Positions 45,135 through 56,600 of a DNA stretch of 64,000 nt are shown here, in pieces. The translations under genes were made by a program, and so were the position numbers. How positions within the stretch are numbered: position 1 is the first letter of the stretch; each line of letters starts with the position of its first letter. Source of the DNA: Candidatus Cloacimonadales bacterium (lineage in GTDB: Bacteria; Cloacimonadota; Cloacimonadia; Cloacimonadales; JAFGVF01); the NCBI GenBank assembly GCA_963692475.1, contig OY829950.1, positions 404,554-468,553 on the forward strand, in the 5' to 3' direction. The notes below the pieces were generated by a model that did not search any database, had not been told where the DNA came from, and saw only the letters and a program-made list of their open reading frames with translations.

Positions 45135-46074
45135 ACTCTTTAATTACCTCTATAGCATTTTCAACATCTTCAAGTTTATCAATATTTACAACAGAGATAT
45201 TTTTGTCAATCTTCTTTATCATCCCACTAAGAACTTTTTGTGGCCCGAACTCAACGAAAAGCTCTATACCATTGTCTATCATATATTCAACAGACTCAAT
45301 CCATCTTACAGAAGATGTAACTTGTTTTGCTAAATTCTCTTTAATCTTCTCTGAAGAGTTATGAGGAAGAGCATCAACATTTGAAACTACAGGAATAGTG
45401 CTATCTTGAAATGACATCTTTTCCATCTCTTCTTTTAACCAGATACCGGCTTTCTCAATTAGAGGAGAATGAAAAGGTCCACCTACATTAAGAGCAATAG
45501 CTCTTTTGGCACCCTTGCTCTTAGCTATCTGCATTGCTTTTTCTACACCTTCTTTACTTCCTGAAATTACTGTCTGTACTGGTGAATTAAAATTAGCAGG
45601 AATAACAATACCTGCATCCTCAGCTTCTTTACAAATTTCAGTAACAGTTTGACTATCAACTCCCATTATAGCAGCCATGGCAAATGGTTTATTTTCATTA
45701 GCTTCTATCATAAATTGACCTCTTCTATGAACAAGGTACATAGCATCGCTAAGAGATAAAACTCTATTAGCAACTAAAGAAGTAAATTCTCCTAAAGAAT
45801 GTCCTGCAACAAATTTAGGAGTAATATCTAATGTATTAGTTAAAGTTTTCCAAGCAGCAATTGAGTGAAAAAGAATAGCTGGCTGAGTAAATTTGGTGTC
45901 AGTAAGATCAGAATCAGGTCCTTCTGACATAATTCTAAAAAGTTCAACACCATTTTCTTGATCAAATTTATTTAGAATTTCTTTTAATTCTGGTTCTTGC
46001 TCCACAAAGTCCATCGCCATTCCGATGTATTGAGCACCCTGACCAGGAAAAACAAAAGCGATTTTATTATTCAT
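45127..46074 (-). CDS. fabD: malonyl CoA-ACP transacylase
   Basis: FVFPGQGAQYIGM, GHSLGEFTSL (active-site Ser), PFHSPL. Confidence 0.92.
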   Translation of the reverse strand: MNNKIAFVFPGQGAQYIGMAMDFVEQEPELKEILNKFDQENGVELFRIMSEGPDSDLTDTKFTQPAILFHSIAAWKTLTNTLDITPKFVAGHSLGEFTSLVANRVLSLSDAMYLVHRRGQFMIEANENKPFAMAAIMGVDSQTVTEICKEAEDAGIVIPANFNSPVQTVISGSKEGVEKAMQIAKSKGAKRAIALNVGGPFHSPLIEKAGIWLKEEMEKMSFQDSTIPVVSNVDALPHNSSEKIKENLAKQVTSSVRWIESVEYMIDNGIELFVEFGPQKVLSGMIKKIDKNISVVNIDKLEDVENAIEVIKEYV

Positions 46075-46152
46075 AATTAATTCTCCTTAGTTCGGATAAT
46101 TTAGATTATTTAATAAATGAATTAAATTCATTTTAAGGTAAAAAAAATAATC

Positions 46153-47181
46153 TTAGTATCTAATTAAAGCACTTCCCCAAGTTAAACCTGCCCCAAATGA
46201 AACCATCAAGAGAACATCCCCTCTTTTGATTTTACCATTTTCTATAGCTTCAGAAATAGCAATTGGGATAGTAGCAGCTGAAGTATTTGCATATTTTTCT
46301 ATATTTACTATAACATGATCAGTGTCAATCTTTAGTTTTTTCCCAAGGGCCTCAATAATTCTCATATTAGCCTGATGAGAGATTAACCAATCAATGTCGG
46401 TAATTCTAAAATTGTTTCTTTTAATTAGAGTTTCACAAGATGACTGCATTGATTTTACAGCAAGCTTAAACACTTTATTACCATCCATATGAACTGTATG
46501 TAGATTTTGTTTAATGGTTTCTTCTGAAGCTGGCATAGCAGAACCACCTGCAGGTTGTACAAGGATATCATCATGAGACCCATCGGCTTCTAAGTCACCA
46601 TCTATGAATTCAGAAATATCACCACGTTCATTACGTGAGACTATTGCAGAGCCTGCACCATCACCAAAGAGAACACAGGTATTTCTATCTTTCCAATTTA
46701 AAAATCTGGAAAGAAGCTCTACTCCAACCACTAAAATATGCTTGTAAGTACCATTTTCAATAAATTGTTTAGCTATATTGATTCCATAGATAAAGCCTGT
46801 ACATCCAGCTGATACATCAAAGGCAGGAATACCTTTTAATCCTAACTTTTTCTGAACCAAGCAAGATGTTGAGGGATATGCATGGTCTCCAGAAATAGTA
46901 GCGACAATTATTAGTTCAATATCTTTATATTTTACAGAAGACTTTTCAATAGCATTAATTGCTGCATTATAAGCTAAATCGCTCGTATTTTGATTTTTTG
47001 CAGCTACTCTTCTTTCAAACATTCCTGTTCTTGTTCTGATCCATTCGTCAGATGTATCAACAATTTTTTCTAAATCAAAATTATTGACTATCTTTTCAGG
47101 GACATAATGTCCAAAAGAACTTATTTTAGCCTTGTACTTCATCTTTTTTCCTCTCAAAATAATCACTAGATTGCTGGACAA
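46153..47181 (-). CDS. fabH: 3-oxoacyl-ACP synthase III
   Basis: DTSDEWIRTRTGMFERR, active-site SAGCTGFIYG, HQANMRII, GNTSAATIP, FGAGLTWG. The likely start is ATG at 47142 (MKYKAKISSFG) behind GAGAGGAAAAAAG; the longer ORF-track N terminus is probably spurious. Confidence 0.92.
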   Translation of the reverse strand: MSSNLVIILRGKKMKYKAKISSFGHYVPEKIVNNFDLEKIVDTSDEWIRTRTGMFERRVAAKNQNTSDLAYNAAINAIEKSSVKYKDIELIIVATISGDHAYPSTSCLVQKKLGLKGIPAFDVSAGCTGFIYGINIAKQFIENGTYKHILVVGVELLSRFLNWKDRNTCVLFGDGAGSAIVSRNERGDISEFIDGDLEADGSHDDILVQPAGGSAMPASEETIKQNLHTVHMDGNKVFKLAVKSMQSSCETLIKRNNFRITDIDWLISHQANMRIIEALGKKLKIDTDHVIVNIEKYANTSAATIPIAISEAIENGKIKRGDVLLMVSFGAGLTWGSALIRY

Positions 47182-48139
47182 AATCTGTATTAGCTAATTT
47201 ACTTGCTAATTTGATAGCATTTTTTATAGCTTTACTATTAGATCTTCCATGAGATACTATAGGAATACCTTTTAATCCAATAAGAAGGGCTCCGCCATAT
47301 TCTGTATGATCTAATTTCTTTTTAAGATAATTAAATACAGGAAGTGAAAGAAGAGCTCCAATCTTAGCAACCCAGTCTTTTGCAAATTGTTCTTTTAAAA
47401 TTTCGAAGATAGCTATAGCAGCCCCTTCGACTGTTTTCAGCATAACGTTACCTGTAAAACCATCACAGACTATAACATCTGTAATTCCTTTTAGGACGTC
47501 CTTGCCTTCGATGTTTCCGATAAAATTAACATATTTGTCAGTAGATAAAAGACGATGAACTTCTTTTGTTAATTCATTTCCTTTTTTATCTTCTTCCCCA
47601 ATATTTAATAATGAAACTCGTGGTTTATCTATTTTGTTAATAAATTGGGAATACATACTTCCCAATTCTGCAAATTGGACAAGTTGTTCAGGGTCACAGT
47701 CTGCGTTTGCTCCAACATCAAGGATAATTTCGCTACCTGATTTAGTAGGGAAAGTTATAGCTATTGCTGGTCTTAAGACTCCCTTTATGCGTCCGAGAAC
47801 AAAAAGAGAAGCAGCCATCATAGCTCCGGAATTACCGGCACTTACCACGCCATCAGCTAAGCCATCTTTATGAAGACGAATAGCTTTAACCATGGAAGAA
47901 TCGCGTTTTTTGCGAGCAGCTTCGGCTGGAACATCAGTCATCTCTATAATTTCAGAAGAGTGAATGATTTCGATTCTTTTTTTATCGTAATAGTATTTAG
48001 AGAGTTCAGCACTCAATACTTTTTCATCGCCAACAAGGAGAACCTTTTCACAAAGATTCTCTTTGATAGCTAACACAGCACCTTCCACTTCAGGGAAAGG
48101 TGCTTTGTCACTACCAAAAGCATCTAAAGCTATACGCAT
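47126..48139 (-). CDS. plsX: phosphate acyltransferase PlsX
   Basis: MRIALDAFGSDKAP, SGNSGAMMA, VCDGFTGNVMLK. Located between rpmF and fabH as in most bacteria. Confidence 0.92.
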   Translation of the reverse strand: MRIALDAFGSDKAPFPEVEGAVLAIKENLCEKVLLVGDEKVLSAELSKYYYDKKRIEIIHSSEIIEMTDVPAEAARKKRDSSMVKAIRLHKDGLADGVVSAGNSGAMMAASLFVLGRIKGVLRPAIAITFPTKSGSEIILDVGANADCDPEQLVQFAELGSMYSQFINKIDKPRVSLLNIGEEDKKGNELTKEVHRLLSTDKYVNFIGNIEGKDVLKGITDVIVCDGFTGNVMLKTVEGAAIAIFEILKEQFAKDWVAKIGALLSLPVFNYLKKKLDHTEYGGALLIGLKGIPIVSHGRSNSKAIKNAIKLASKLANTDFVQQSSDYFERKKDEVQG

Positions 48140-48316
48140 TTATTTAACTTCTATAACTTCTCTTTTATTATAATTTCCGCACTTTTGACAAATATGATGA
48201 GGTCTTGTAGGCTCACCACAACTTGAGCAAGTAGTCCAAGTTGGCATTGTAGCCTTGTAATGAGTTCTTCTTTTATCTCTATTACACTTTGAAGTTTTTC
48301 GTTTAGGTACCGGCAT
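48140..48316 (-). CDS. rpmF: 50S ribosomal protein L32 (58 aa; below ORF-track size cut-off)
   Basis: Own translation: MPVPKRKTSKCNRDKRRTHYKATMPTWTTCSSCGEPTRPHHICQKCGNYNKREVIEVK*. The L32 N terminus MAVPKRKTS-like motif and a CxxC...CxxC zinc ribbon are present. The stop abuts the plsX start. Confidence 0.9.
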   Translation of the reverse strand: MPVPKRKTSKCNRDKRRTHYKATMPTWTTCSSCGEPTRPHHICQKCGNYNKREVIEVK

Positions 48317-48500
48317 TTTCAGCTCCTTATCTATTAATTTTATAGTTTTTATTTATATTTTTTCTATACGAAATGACAAATTATTTTCATTTATCATCGT
48401 GTCAAGCATATTCTTAAAGAAGCAATATTGATAAATATTCTTACATCTATCATTAAGTCTTATTAATAGTCAGATTATGATAGGTGCAAGACTTGTCAAT

Positions 48501-49805
48501 TTAAATTTCCCACTCTTCTAAAATAATCTCTTCTTTATCTACTTTCTCAGGTGAAATAATATATGAATCTTTAATTCTTTGAATAGTTGAATCAATTAGA
48601 GAATCATCATCACAGTGGAGATAGCCTAAGATATCACCAGTCACTACTTTGTCTCCTATTTTCTTGAAAAGTTCAGCACCAGTAGCATAATTAAGTTCAT
48701 CCTCTAACTTCTTTCTTCCAGCACCAATACCAACTAAAGCATAACCGATACTCTTGCTATCAATAGCTTTTACGAAGCCTGATTTATCGCTTTTAATCAC
48801 AGTGATTCTTTTGGTATGAGGAAGTAAATCATAATCATCAATAATCCTTCCATCTCCACCTTGCATTTCAATGAACTTGCGGAAATATTCTAAAGCCTTT
48901 CCGCTCTTTAAAGAATCCTCAATCATTTCTAAAGCTTCAACTTTGTTAGAAGCAAGCTTACTCATTACCACCATATTAACTGCTAAGGCTTTGGTTATTG
49001 CATCAATATCAGGTAAATCTGCCCCTTTAAGATATTCAATTGTTTCTTTTATCTCTATAGCATTTCCTATGGAAACTCCCAGAGGACTATTCATATTAGT
49101 AAAAGTAATGGCGACCTTCTGCCCAAAAGCTTCTCCAGTGAGCTTTAAATACTTAGCTAACTCACGTGCTTGCTCTAAATTTCGCATAAAAGCTCCGCTT
49201 CCAACTTTGAGATCAACTGCTAAGTTTTGAGCACCTTCAGCTATTTTCTTACTCATAATACTTGCTGTGATAAGAGGATAACTCTCTACTGTACCACTAA
49301 CATCACGCATAGCATAAATTATTTTATCAGCAGGGACTAACTCCTTACTCTGCTGAACAATACAAAGATTACTATCATTAACCATTTTTATGAATTCTGT
49401 ACTATTATAGTCTGTTCTGAATCCAGGTATTGATTCCAATTTATCTAAAGTACCACCTGTATGTCCTAATCCCCTTCCTGAAATCATAGGCACCTTTACA
49501 CCCAATGAGGCAACTAAAGGAGCCAACATTAAAGTAATCTTATCCCCTACCCCACCAGTTGAATGCTTATCAACAGTATTCAATTCAGCAGGAAAAGTAA
49601 CCTTTGCCCCACTATTTATATATACATCAGTTAAACTTACAATTTCATTAGTCTCCATTCCTTGAAAAAATATCGCCATCAACAGAGCTGACATTTGATA
49701 ATCTGGAATTTTTTTATCTATATATGATTTCACAAAGAAGCTCATCTCTTCTTTTGTTAACTCTATTCCATCTCTCTTTTTTATAATTAATTCAACAGGA
49801 TTCAT
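48501..49805 (-). CDS. pdp: pyrimidine-nucleoside (thymidine) phosphorylase
   Basis: MNPVELIIKKRDG, VDKHSTGGVGDK, SGRGLGHTGGTLDKLESIPG. Confidence 0.9.
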   Translation of the reverse strand: MNPVELIIKKRDGIELTKEEMSFFVKSYIDKKIPDYQMSALLMAIFFQGMETNEIVSLTDVYINSGAKVTFPAELNTVDKHSTGGVGDKITLMLAPLVASLGVKVPMISGRGLGHTGGTLDKLESIPGFRTDYNSTEFIKMVNDSNLCIVQQSKELVPADKIIYAMRDVSGTVESYPLITASIMSKKIAEGAQNLAVDLKVGSGAFMRNLEQARELAKYLKLTGEAFGQKVAITFTNMNSPLGVSIGNAIEIKETIEYLKGADLPDIDAITKALAVNMVVMSKLASNKVEALEMIEDSLKSGKALEYFRKFIEMQGGDGRIIDDYDLLPHTKRITVIKSDKSGFVKAIDSKSIGYALVGIGAGRKKLEDELNYATGAELFKKIGDKVVTGDILGYLHCDDDSLIDSTIQRIKDSYIISPEKVDKEEIILEEWEI

Positions 49806-50007
49806 ACTTTCTCCTTTCTATATTATACTTATTTATATTTTAACAATAAAGGTGCATTTTATAATTAATAATTAAATAAGTCAATAATCTTTTTTTTGCT
49901 GAATTTTAAAAAATGAGGAATCAACTCCCTTATTATGAAATTTTCCTTTATAACAGCAAGGAATGTATTAGTTATAACTTTACAAAAAATTGAAGCTGTA
50001 ATTATTC

Positions 50008-50036
50008 TTGACATGTAAAAATAAATTACAATTATT
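50008..50036 (+). promoter_or_regulatory. sigma70-like promoter candidate for the 179-aa ORF
   Basis: TTGACA (50008-50013), a 17-nt spacer, then ATTATT (50031-50036), ~40 nt upstream of the ATG at 50075. GGAG RBS at 50061-50064. Confidence 0.4.
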
Positions 50037-50074
50037 GACTAACTAATGAATCATATAAAAGGAGATATTGAATC

Positions 50075-50614
50075 ATGTATTCGGAAATAGAACTTATTAA
50101 TCGAGCTCAAGAGATATTAAAAGAGATTGCCCAAGGTGTTAATCCACTTACTAAAGAAAAGATTGAAGAATCCAATTTTGTTAATAATCCTAAGATGATA
50201 AGATGCTTTATGTTTTGCGCAGAGATGTTAGATAGAGCCAAAGCACCTGTTAAAAATACAAACACCCAATTCATCATTACAGCAAAACAAAAAGAGAATA
50301 TTAATATTCCTTACGATACAATCGGTTTTAGCAACTTTGCCAAAATAGTTAATGAGAATATAGACCAGTTTATAAGCAAGAAAGCTTCAGCTCATAAGAT
50401 TATTCTCAGTTTGAAAAATTTAGGAATACTGGGAGAAATCATCAATGAAAACAATAAAAAAGTGACCATTACTTTACCTAACTCAGCAGATTATGGTTTC
50501 ATAACAGTTCATAAAAGCTTTGAGGAAAGAGAATATGATCAAGTTATGGCTAATCGCCAAGGACAAAAGTACCTTATTGATAACCTTGAGATGTTGATGG
50601 GAGGGGTTAGATAG
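50075..50614 (+). CDS. hypothetical protein (179 aa), no recognisable motif
   Basis: ORF with a good RBS (AAAGGAG) and its own promoter-like sequence. No signal peptide and no motif I recognise. Confidence 0.55.
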   Translation: MYSEIELINRAQEILKEIAQGVNPLTKEKIEESNFVNNPKMIRCFMFCAEMLDRAKAPVKNTNTQFIITAKQKENINIPYDTIGFSNFAKIVNENIDQFISKKASAHKIILSLKNLGILGEIINENNKKVTITLPNSADYGFITVHKSFEEREYDQVMANRQGQKYLIDNLEMLMGGVR

Positions 50615-50691
50615 TAACAAACTAAATCTTAGCTTAAATTATAGAGAATGCTTGGGGAATACAAGAAAATGTATGCCCCAAGCAATACAAA

Positions 50692-53600
50692 TCATTTACT
50701 CAAATTATACTTATCTCTAACCAACTCTAAATCATCTGATGATGAGATGATTCTAAAGAAACGTAAGTTCTCATCAAGAATTTGATATGAGTTTTCAGAT
50801 TGAACGCTTATTGCTTGCCCCCAATCTTCAGGTTCAGGGATTGATGAGCCATATATTTTATAAGATTTAGCTCCATTAACCCTATTCCACTCAATAATTA
50901 AGTTATTGTTTTCTCTTTCAATATTGATAAAAGAAGGAGGTAATACAGAGAATATATCAAGGACAAACTCATTATTTTGGTTATTAATGGTGATAGTATA
51001 TTCAGCATCAAAACAACCTTCCTTGCTAAGATTAACTGAGTAATCAGCCTTATGGAAATTATCAATGAGAATCATACCTGAGTTATTTGTAGTTCCTATA
51101 ATTTCCTCTTCTAAAGCGCTAGTTAGTGGGAGAATTGAATAGGTAACATTATTAGCAGGAGCTAAACTATCTGCTTGACATAAAATCCTTACATCTACTA
51201 ATCTATCAATATCTAAAACATTGGAATAACTTTTTGGAGATAGACCATTATTATAGACAGCTTCTATTGCATATTGATAACTTCCATCTGTCAAATCACT
51301 AATATCGTCTTGATAACTATTAGAATTATGATTCGTAGCAATTAATGTACTAAAGTCATTTCTAAGTCGATAGATGTTATAGCTATTGAAAGTTGTACTT
51401 TCTCTTCCTCTTTGAAGAGATACTACATCTGACCAAGAGACAAATACTGTATCAGAAAGGATTTCTTCAGCAACTACTGACGCTGGAGAAACTAAATAAT
51501 TATAATAAGCACAATTGGATATATCGCTTCTATTTTGATTATCATCTTCTGAGACTATTGAGAAGTATAATTGATCATAGTCTGTAGCATTAGGTAAAGA
51601 GGTTAAATCAATAATTAAAGAGTCTATTTCTCCCACTGCAGAAGGATTGATTACATTTGTGATTAAATTTGCTGTAAGATAATCTTCAGAAGTAGCAATA
51701 TCAGTATAACTATAACGAAGGTCATACTTGTAAGCATTGCCTATGTTGCCATCATCTCCGGGAGATGTCCAGCTAAGCTTAACTCTATTACCTGCTAAAG
51801 ATTCTACAGCTAAGTCAGCTATAGAGCTTGGAGCTATCTCATCTGAAGGCTGAGGATTACTATCATAAATCGACCTGTTAGTGTATGTTTGTCCATCATA
51901 AACATAGTTAGCTGTTATTGCATCACCATCTTGAACTTCAATAGATGTCCTGTTTATTACCGAAAGTGAGAACCTACCCATATAGTCAAATTTATTAACT
52001 CTTCTACATGTAACTGTCGTAGTTTGATTAGTTCTGTTATTGAGGAGACTAACAGTTTGTGTATCTTCATCACAGTAGAGGTTAGATATCTTTACAAACA
52101 TATTATCATCTTCATAAAGATTAAAAGAACTAAAATCTACTTTAATCTCGGCCTGCTCTTCAGTATAAACAAATATTTGCTGTTGTAAGGTATCTTGATT
52201 AACTCCATCTGAAACTACAATCTCTTGAATATAATAACCCTTTTGGTCAAGAGTTGGGGTCCAGTTAAAATCATAACCATTTATAGACATACCTGTTTGA
52301 GCATTATTTAGATGAAAGGCTAGGTTATTGCTATCAAAATCATTCGCGGATAAAGTCTTAAAGAGTGGTTGATTAACTACAGCATCCCAAGCATTTTTAC
52401 CATTCATAGTGAAATAAGGCTTGGAAGTTCTGCTATTACCATAATACTGAATTGTTATTGATTCTGACGGATCACTCATTGTGAAGCTATTATCACCAAA
52501 TCTACAAATAATTTCATACTCCCTACCAAGTGGTAAATCTTTAATAACATAGTTATTAGCATTAGTAACACAATAAGAATAACTATCATTATTATAAATA
52601 TCAGTAATATCAATAGAAGTAACAATTATTGAATTATCTGTAGGAGCATCCCAACTTATTTCAAGACCTTCATCTACTAGAGAATAAGAGATGTTCTGAG
52701 GTACTTCCAGATTAACATTATCTACCAAAATACTTCCTGGGGCATACTGAAGTACAAGAGCATTAACACCGTCATCAATCTTCGTATAGATAAAGTACTC
52801 ACCATCAGGAATATCTGAATTACTCCAGTTAAAAGAGATTTCAGAGTTATTCAAAGACTCAAATTCCTGAATAAAGTTGCCATCAAATCCTTGGTTATCA
52901 TCATCATAATAGACTTTTACCTTCAATGTGTCATTATAATCTGTTAAGCTTAAATTAATCGTATTATCTCTGGTCATTCTATTTGCAGGCATCTCTACTA
53001 ATGTCGAAGGTGCTTGATTCATTGCCATAAACTCTGTAATTATCTCACCTGTTTGCTCTGTTGCGAAAGACCAAGTACCTGAAATCGGATTATCTAAAAC
53101 CATGATGGTCTGTAGTGTATTGCTAAACTGACTATATCCCTCTGAACTATTATCATAAATATTACCTTCAGGATCTATTAAGATAAAATCAAAAAGATTG
53201 AGGTCATTACCAGCTACTACTAAGAACTGCTTAGAATTCTCAGGAACAGTGAAATCTATAGTGTAACGACCATCTCTTGAACCTTTCCAGAGTTGGAACA
53301 TACGATTATAGTTCGTTCCTAAATAATAATGAAACCAAGGAGCAGTTGTCTTACCAAATTCAATTTTCTGGGCTATTGAAAGTCGTCCATATTCTATCAT
53401 AGTTGCAATTGTAAAATCATTAATTGATATGTTTGATGAAGCTATGTTTTCACCTTCGCACCAATCCAAGTACCAAGGTAAATTACCAGGTATCATAATC
53501 TGAGCATCCATACTTGCATCAAAGTGTTTTTCTCGAACATTTCCTGCTAACATACCGGAGATAATAGTACTTTCTACATCTGTATCATCTGTTCTTAAAT

Positions 53601-56600
53601 TAAAGTTTCCTTCTAAGCCTACACTTCCCATGAATGGCTTATAGTAGAATTTACCACCAGCAACATCATTATTGAATATCTTGAAGTTACCATATCCTTC
53701 AAAATAGTTCCAAGGCTTTATCGTTACCCCAAAGTCATCTAAGTAAAAGGCAGGACCAACACCGGGAATATCTAAAGATGAGTGAGGACCGATATCCACA
53801 GTAGCTGTAATTTTTAAATCATTTACAGCTAAGTCTTCAATAGAACCAGAAATCTGTCTTATATAAGTCCCGGTATTAAATACAGGAATATCAAAACCTT
53901 CCACAGAAACATGCAAAGCATTAAGATGTCCACTCAAGAATTCTAAGTCCATATTCAATTGGAAATAACTCCAAACACCACTTCTTGCCATGGATGAAAA
54001 ACTTTCTAAATTAGTTTCATAACTTCTACCAGTCTCTTCATTATGAATAATTACAGTCGTTGTTGAATAATCCCCAACCTCAAGTAGATCATCAAAAGTA
54101 TTTTCTGGTGGAATTCTCATCTCAAGATTACCATAAAATCTTTCTAAAGCTGGATCATAAGAGAGCTCATTTAAATGAACATAGAAGGTTGCCATGTTCA
54201 TCTCTAAATTCTGAATATTACAGCCAAGTTCAACTCCCTCATTCTCAGAAAGAAAGATTGAACCGGATATTTCATCAAATTCAACTCCTTGCTCATAAGG
54301 TGGATTGTCTGAGTCAAACCAATTATCACTATCCATTAAATCAGCAAAGAAACCATCTTCTTCCTCATTAGGGGTAATAACTATAGATAGTTTGGTATAT
54401 TTTCCCATAGTCTCGGTTTCATCAAAAGTTAGTTTCCCTATCAAATAGTTGTAGCCACCAATAGTTTGAGTACCCTCAAACAGATATGCCCACTCATTTG
54501 GGATTAGCTCTTTCTCGGAGGCGACATACTCATAGGGTATGTAATTAGGTACAATCACATAAGCGTCACTATCTTGAGTAGGGAAATATGTTTCTAATCC
54601 CCCTGAACCTGAAATAAGAGGAAACTCTAAATTAGCCCGTTTATCTATTTGTACTTGCCCCCCAAAACTTATAGTGTTATTGATGTTTACATTGCCACTT
54701 GCTGTGTAATAATTCGTTGGACTTTCCACAATATTATCTGCATATAAGATTAAATCATCAGTTAATTCAAGAGATGTAATCACACCAGTGTTGACTTCAG
54801 TAAGGGTAAAGTTTGCAGAATTAAATCCTGATTCAAGACTCATTGTTCTTGACTCACTCTGATGGCCCTCTTTTGAAACATAGAGATTTACTTGGTTATT
54901 AGTTAATGCACTAAATGTATAATAACCATCTTCATTAGTAAACACCTCTAAGTTTGTATTTGAAGCTGTTAAGGAGATGCTTGCTTGTGGGATTGGATTA
55001 TCTTCATTATCAGTAACTTGCCCTGATAATACACTTACTTGGTTTTGCTGATTTTCATTGTATAAAGCAAGGATTTCTTGTTCGGAGAGAGCTCGGTTGT
55101 AGATGCGAAATTCTTTCATTGAACCAGCCAGGCTTTGGTTTGCTGTAAAACCACTTAAATTGATATTATCTTGGTCTTGTCCTATTACTAAACTATTTGC
55201 ATTGATATTTAAAGGGGTTGAAATTGCATTATCATGAAAGCCAACACATAACTCATCCAAGTACAAAGTTATTTTATCATTTTCTCTTACAATTGAAACT
55301 ATATGCCAATCTAAATCTTCTAAATCAGTGTTAGAAAAAAAGTAGTTTGTAGAATTAATAGATGCTCTTAACTGTGAATTATTTTTTATATAATCTATTA
55401 GAAAAGAATTATCATTTGGATATGGAATAGCACCAGATATAATAGTGTTGGTTGGACTATACCCTGTAGTATGAAGATTGTTCAACTTCACATGTACACT
55501 AATTGAAAAATCTGTCAGCTGATATAGAACTGTATATGGAATTGATAAACCATCCTGATTATTGTTACCCAATGTTATAAAATCATTTGTCAGAATAGGA
55601 TTACCCAGTATTTGTGCATGATTTCCATTCCCACTCTCATCATTAGCATTCCCATTGAAGGGGTAATATGCAACTAAACCATAATCTAAAGGGGCAACAA
55701 TAGAAATATAATTTTCTTTCAGTTCTGTTTCCCATTCTTCTCCCCACCAAGTAGTAAGAGTAACATCATAATCACCTACTTGTGAATAAACCCAGGTTGG
55801 ATTTTCTTCTGTAGAATCAATAATTCCATCAGAATTGAAATCCCATTCCCAGGCTGTGGCTCCAGATGAGGATAGGGTATGGAAGGTTATAGGTATACCA
55901 ATAATAGTATTAACGGATGAAGAAGTAAAATTGGTTGAATTTGGAAATATCTGCCAACTAAAATGTGGGTATCCATTATTTACAGTAATCTCAATATTCC
56001 AAATAGTTTCAGCATTTTCCGTAATATCCCAATTTTCATAGCTGCCAATATCATTCATGTCTAAAGTATTTAATCCAACACCTAAAGCACTAACACTTAT
56101 GCCAGAGGTATTTACATCCCAAAATGAATTTGATGCAGTAGAGCTATAAATTTCCCCAACTAACCCCCCACCTCTTTGACCAATTACATGACCGATTGAA
56201 TAGCAGTTAGTTAAAGTAGATTCGTTAAGATTACCAATTAATCCTCCAACCCAAAAAGAAGATGAAGATGTATTGCTATGTGAATAACTGTTAGAAATAC
56301 TAGTTTGATATGTTACCCCAATCAACCCACCAACTTTTCTATATCCTGAAACCCCACCATTAGAATAGACTTGATGCATAGTACATGAATATGCTGCGGC
56401 ACCTATCAACCCACCAACCATGGTATCACCAGTAATATCACCACTTGCATAACAATGGTTCATTGATGATCTAGCTAAGTATCCAACAAGCCCCCCAACC
56501 CAATCATTTCCATTAATATTGCTTTCAGAATTAGAAAATGAAATATTTGTAGAATTATTTTCTCCAACTAACCCTCCAGTTTTATCATTACCAACAATAA

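Noticed and set aside
47126-47181. Apparent 56-nt overlap of fabH with plsX, and long N-terminal extensions or TTG/GTG starts at 3220, 3081, 16875, 44361 and 12862.
   Set aside because: These are artefacts of longest-ORF calling. Internal ATG codons with good Shine-Dalgarno sequences (47142, 3256, 3060, 16887, 44349) fit the conserved protein N termini, so this is not evidence of unusual overlap or recoding.
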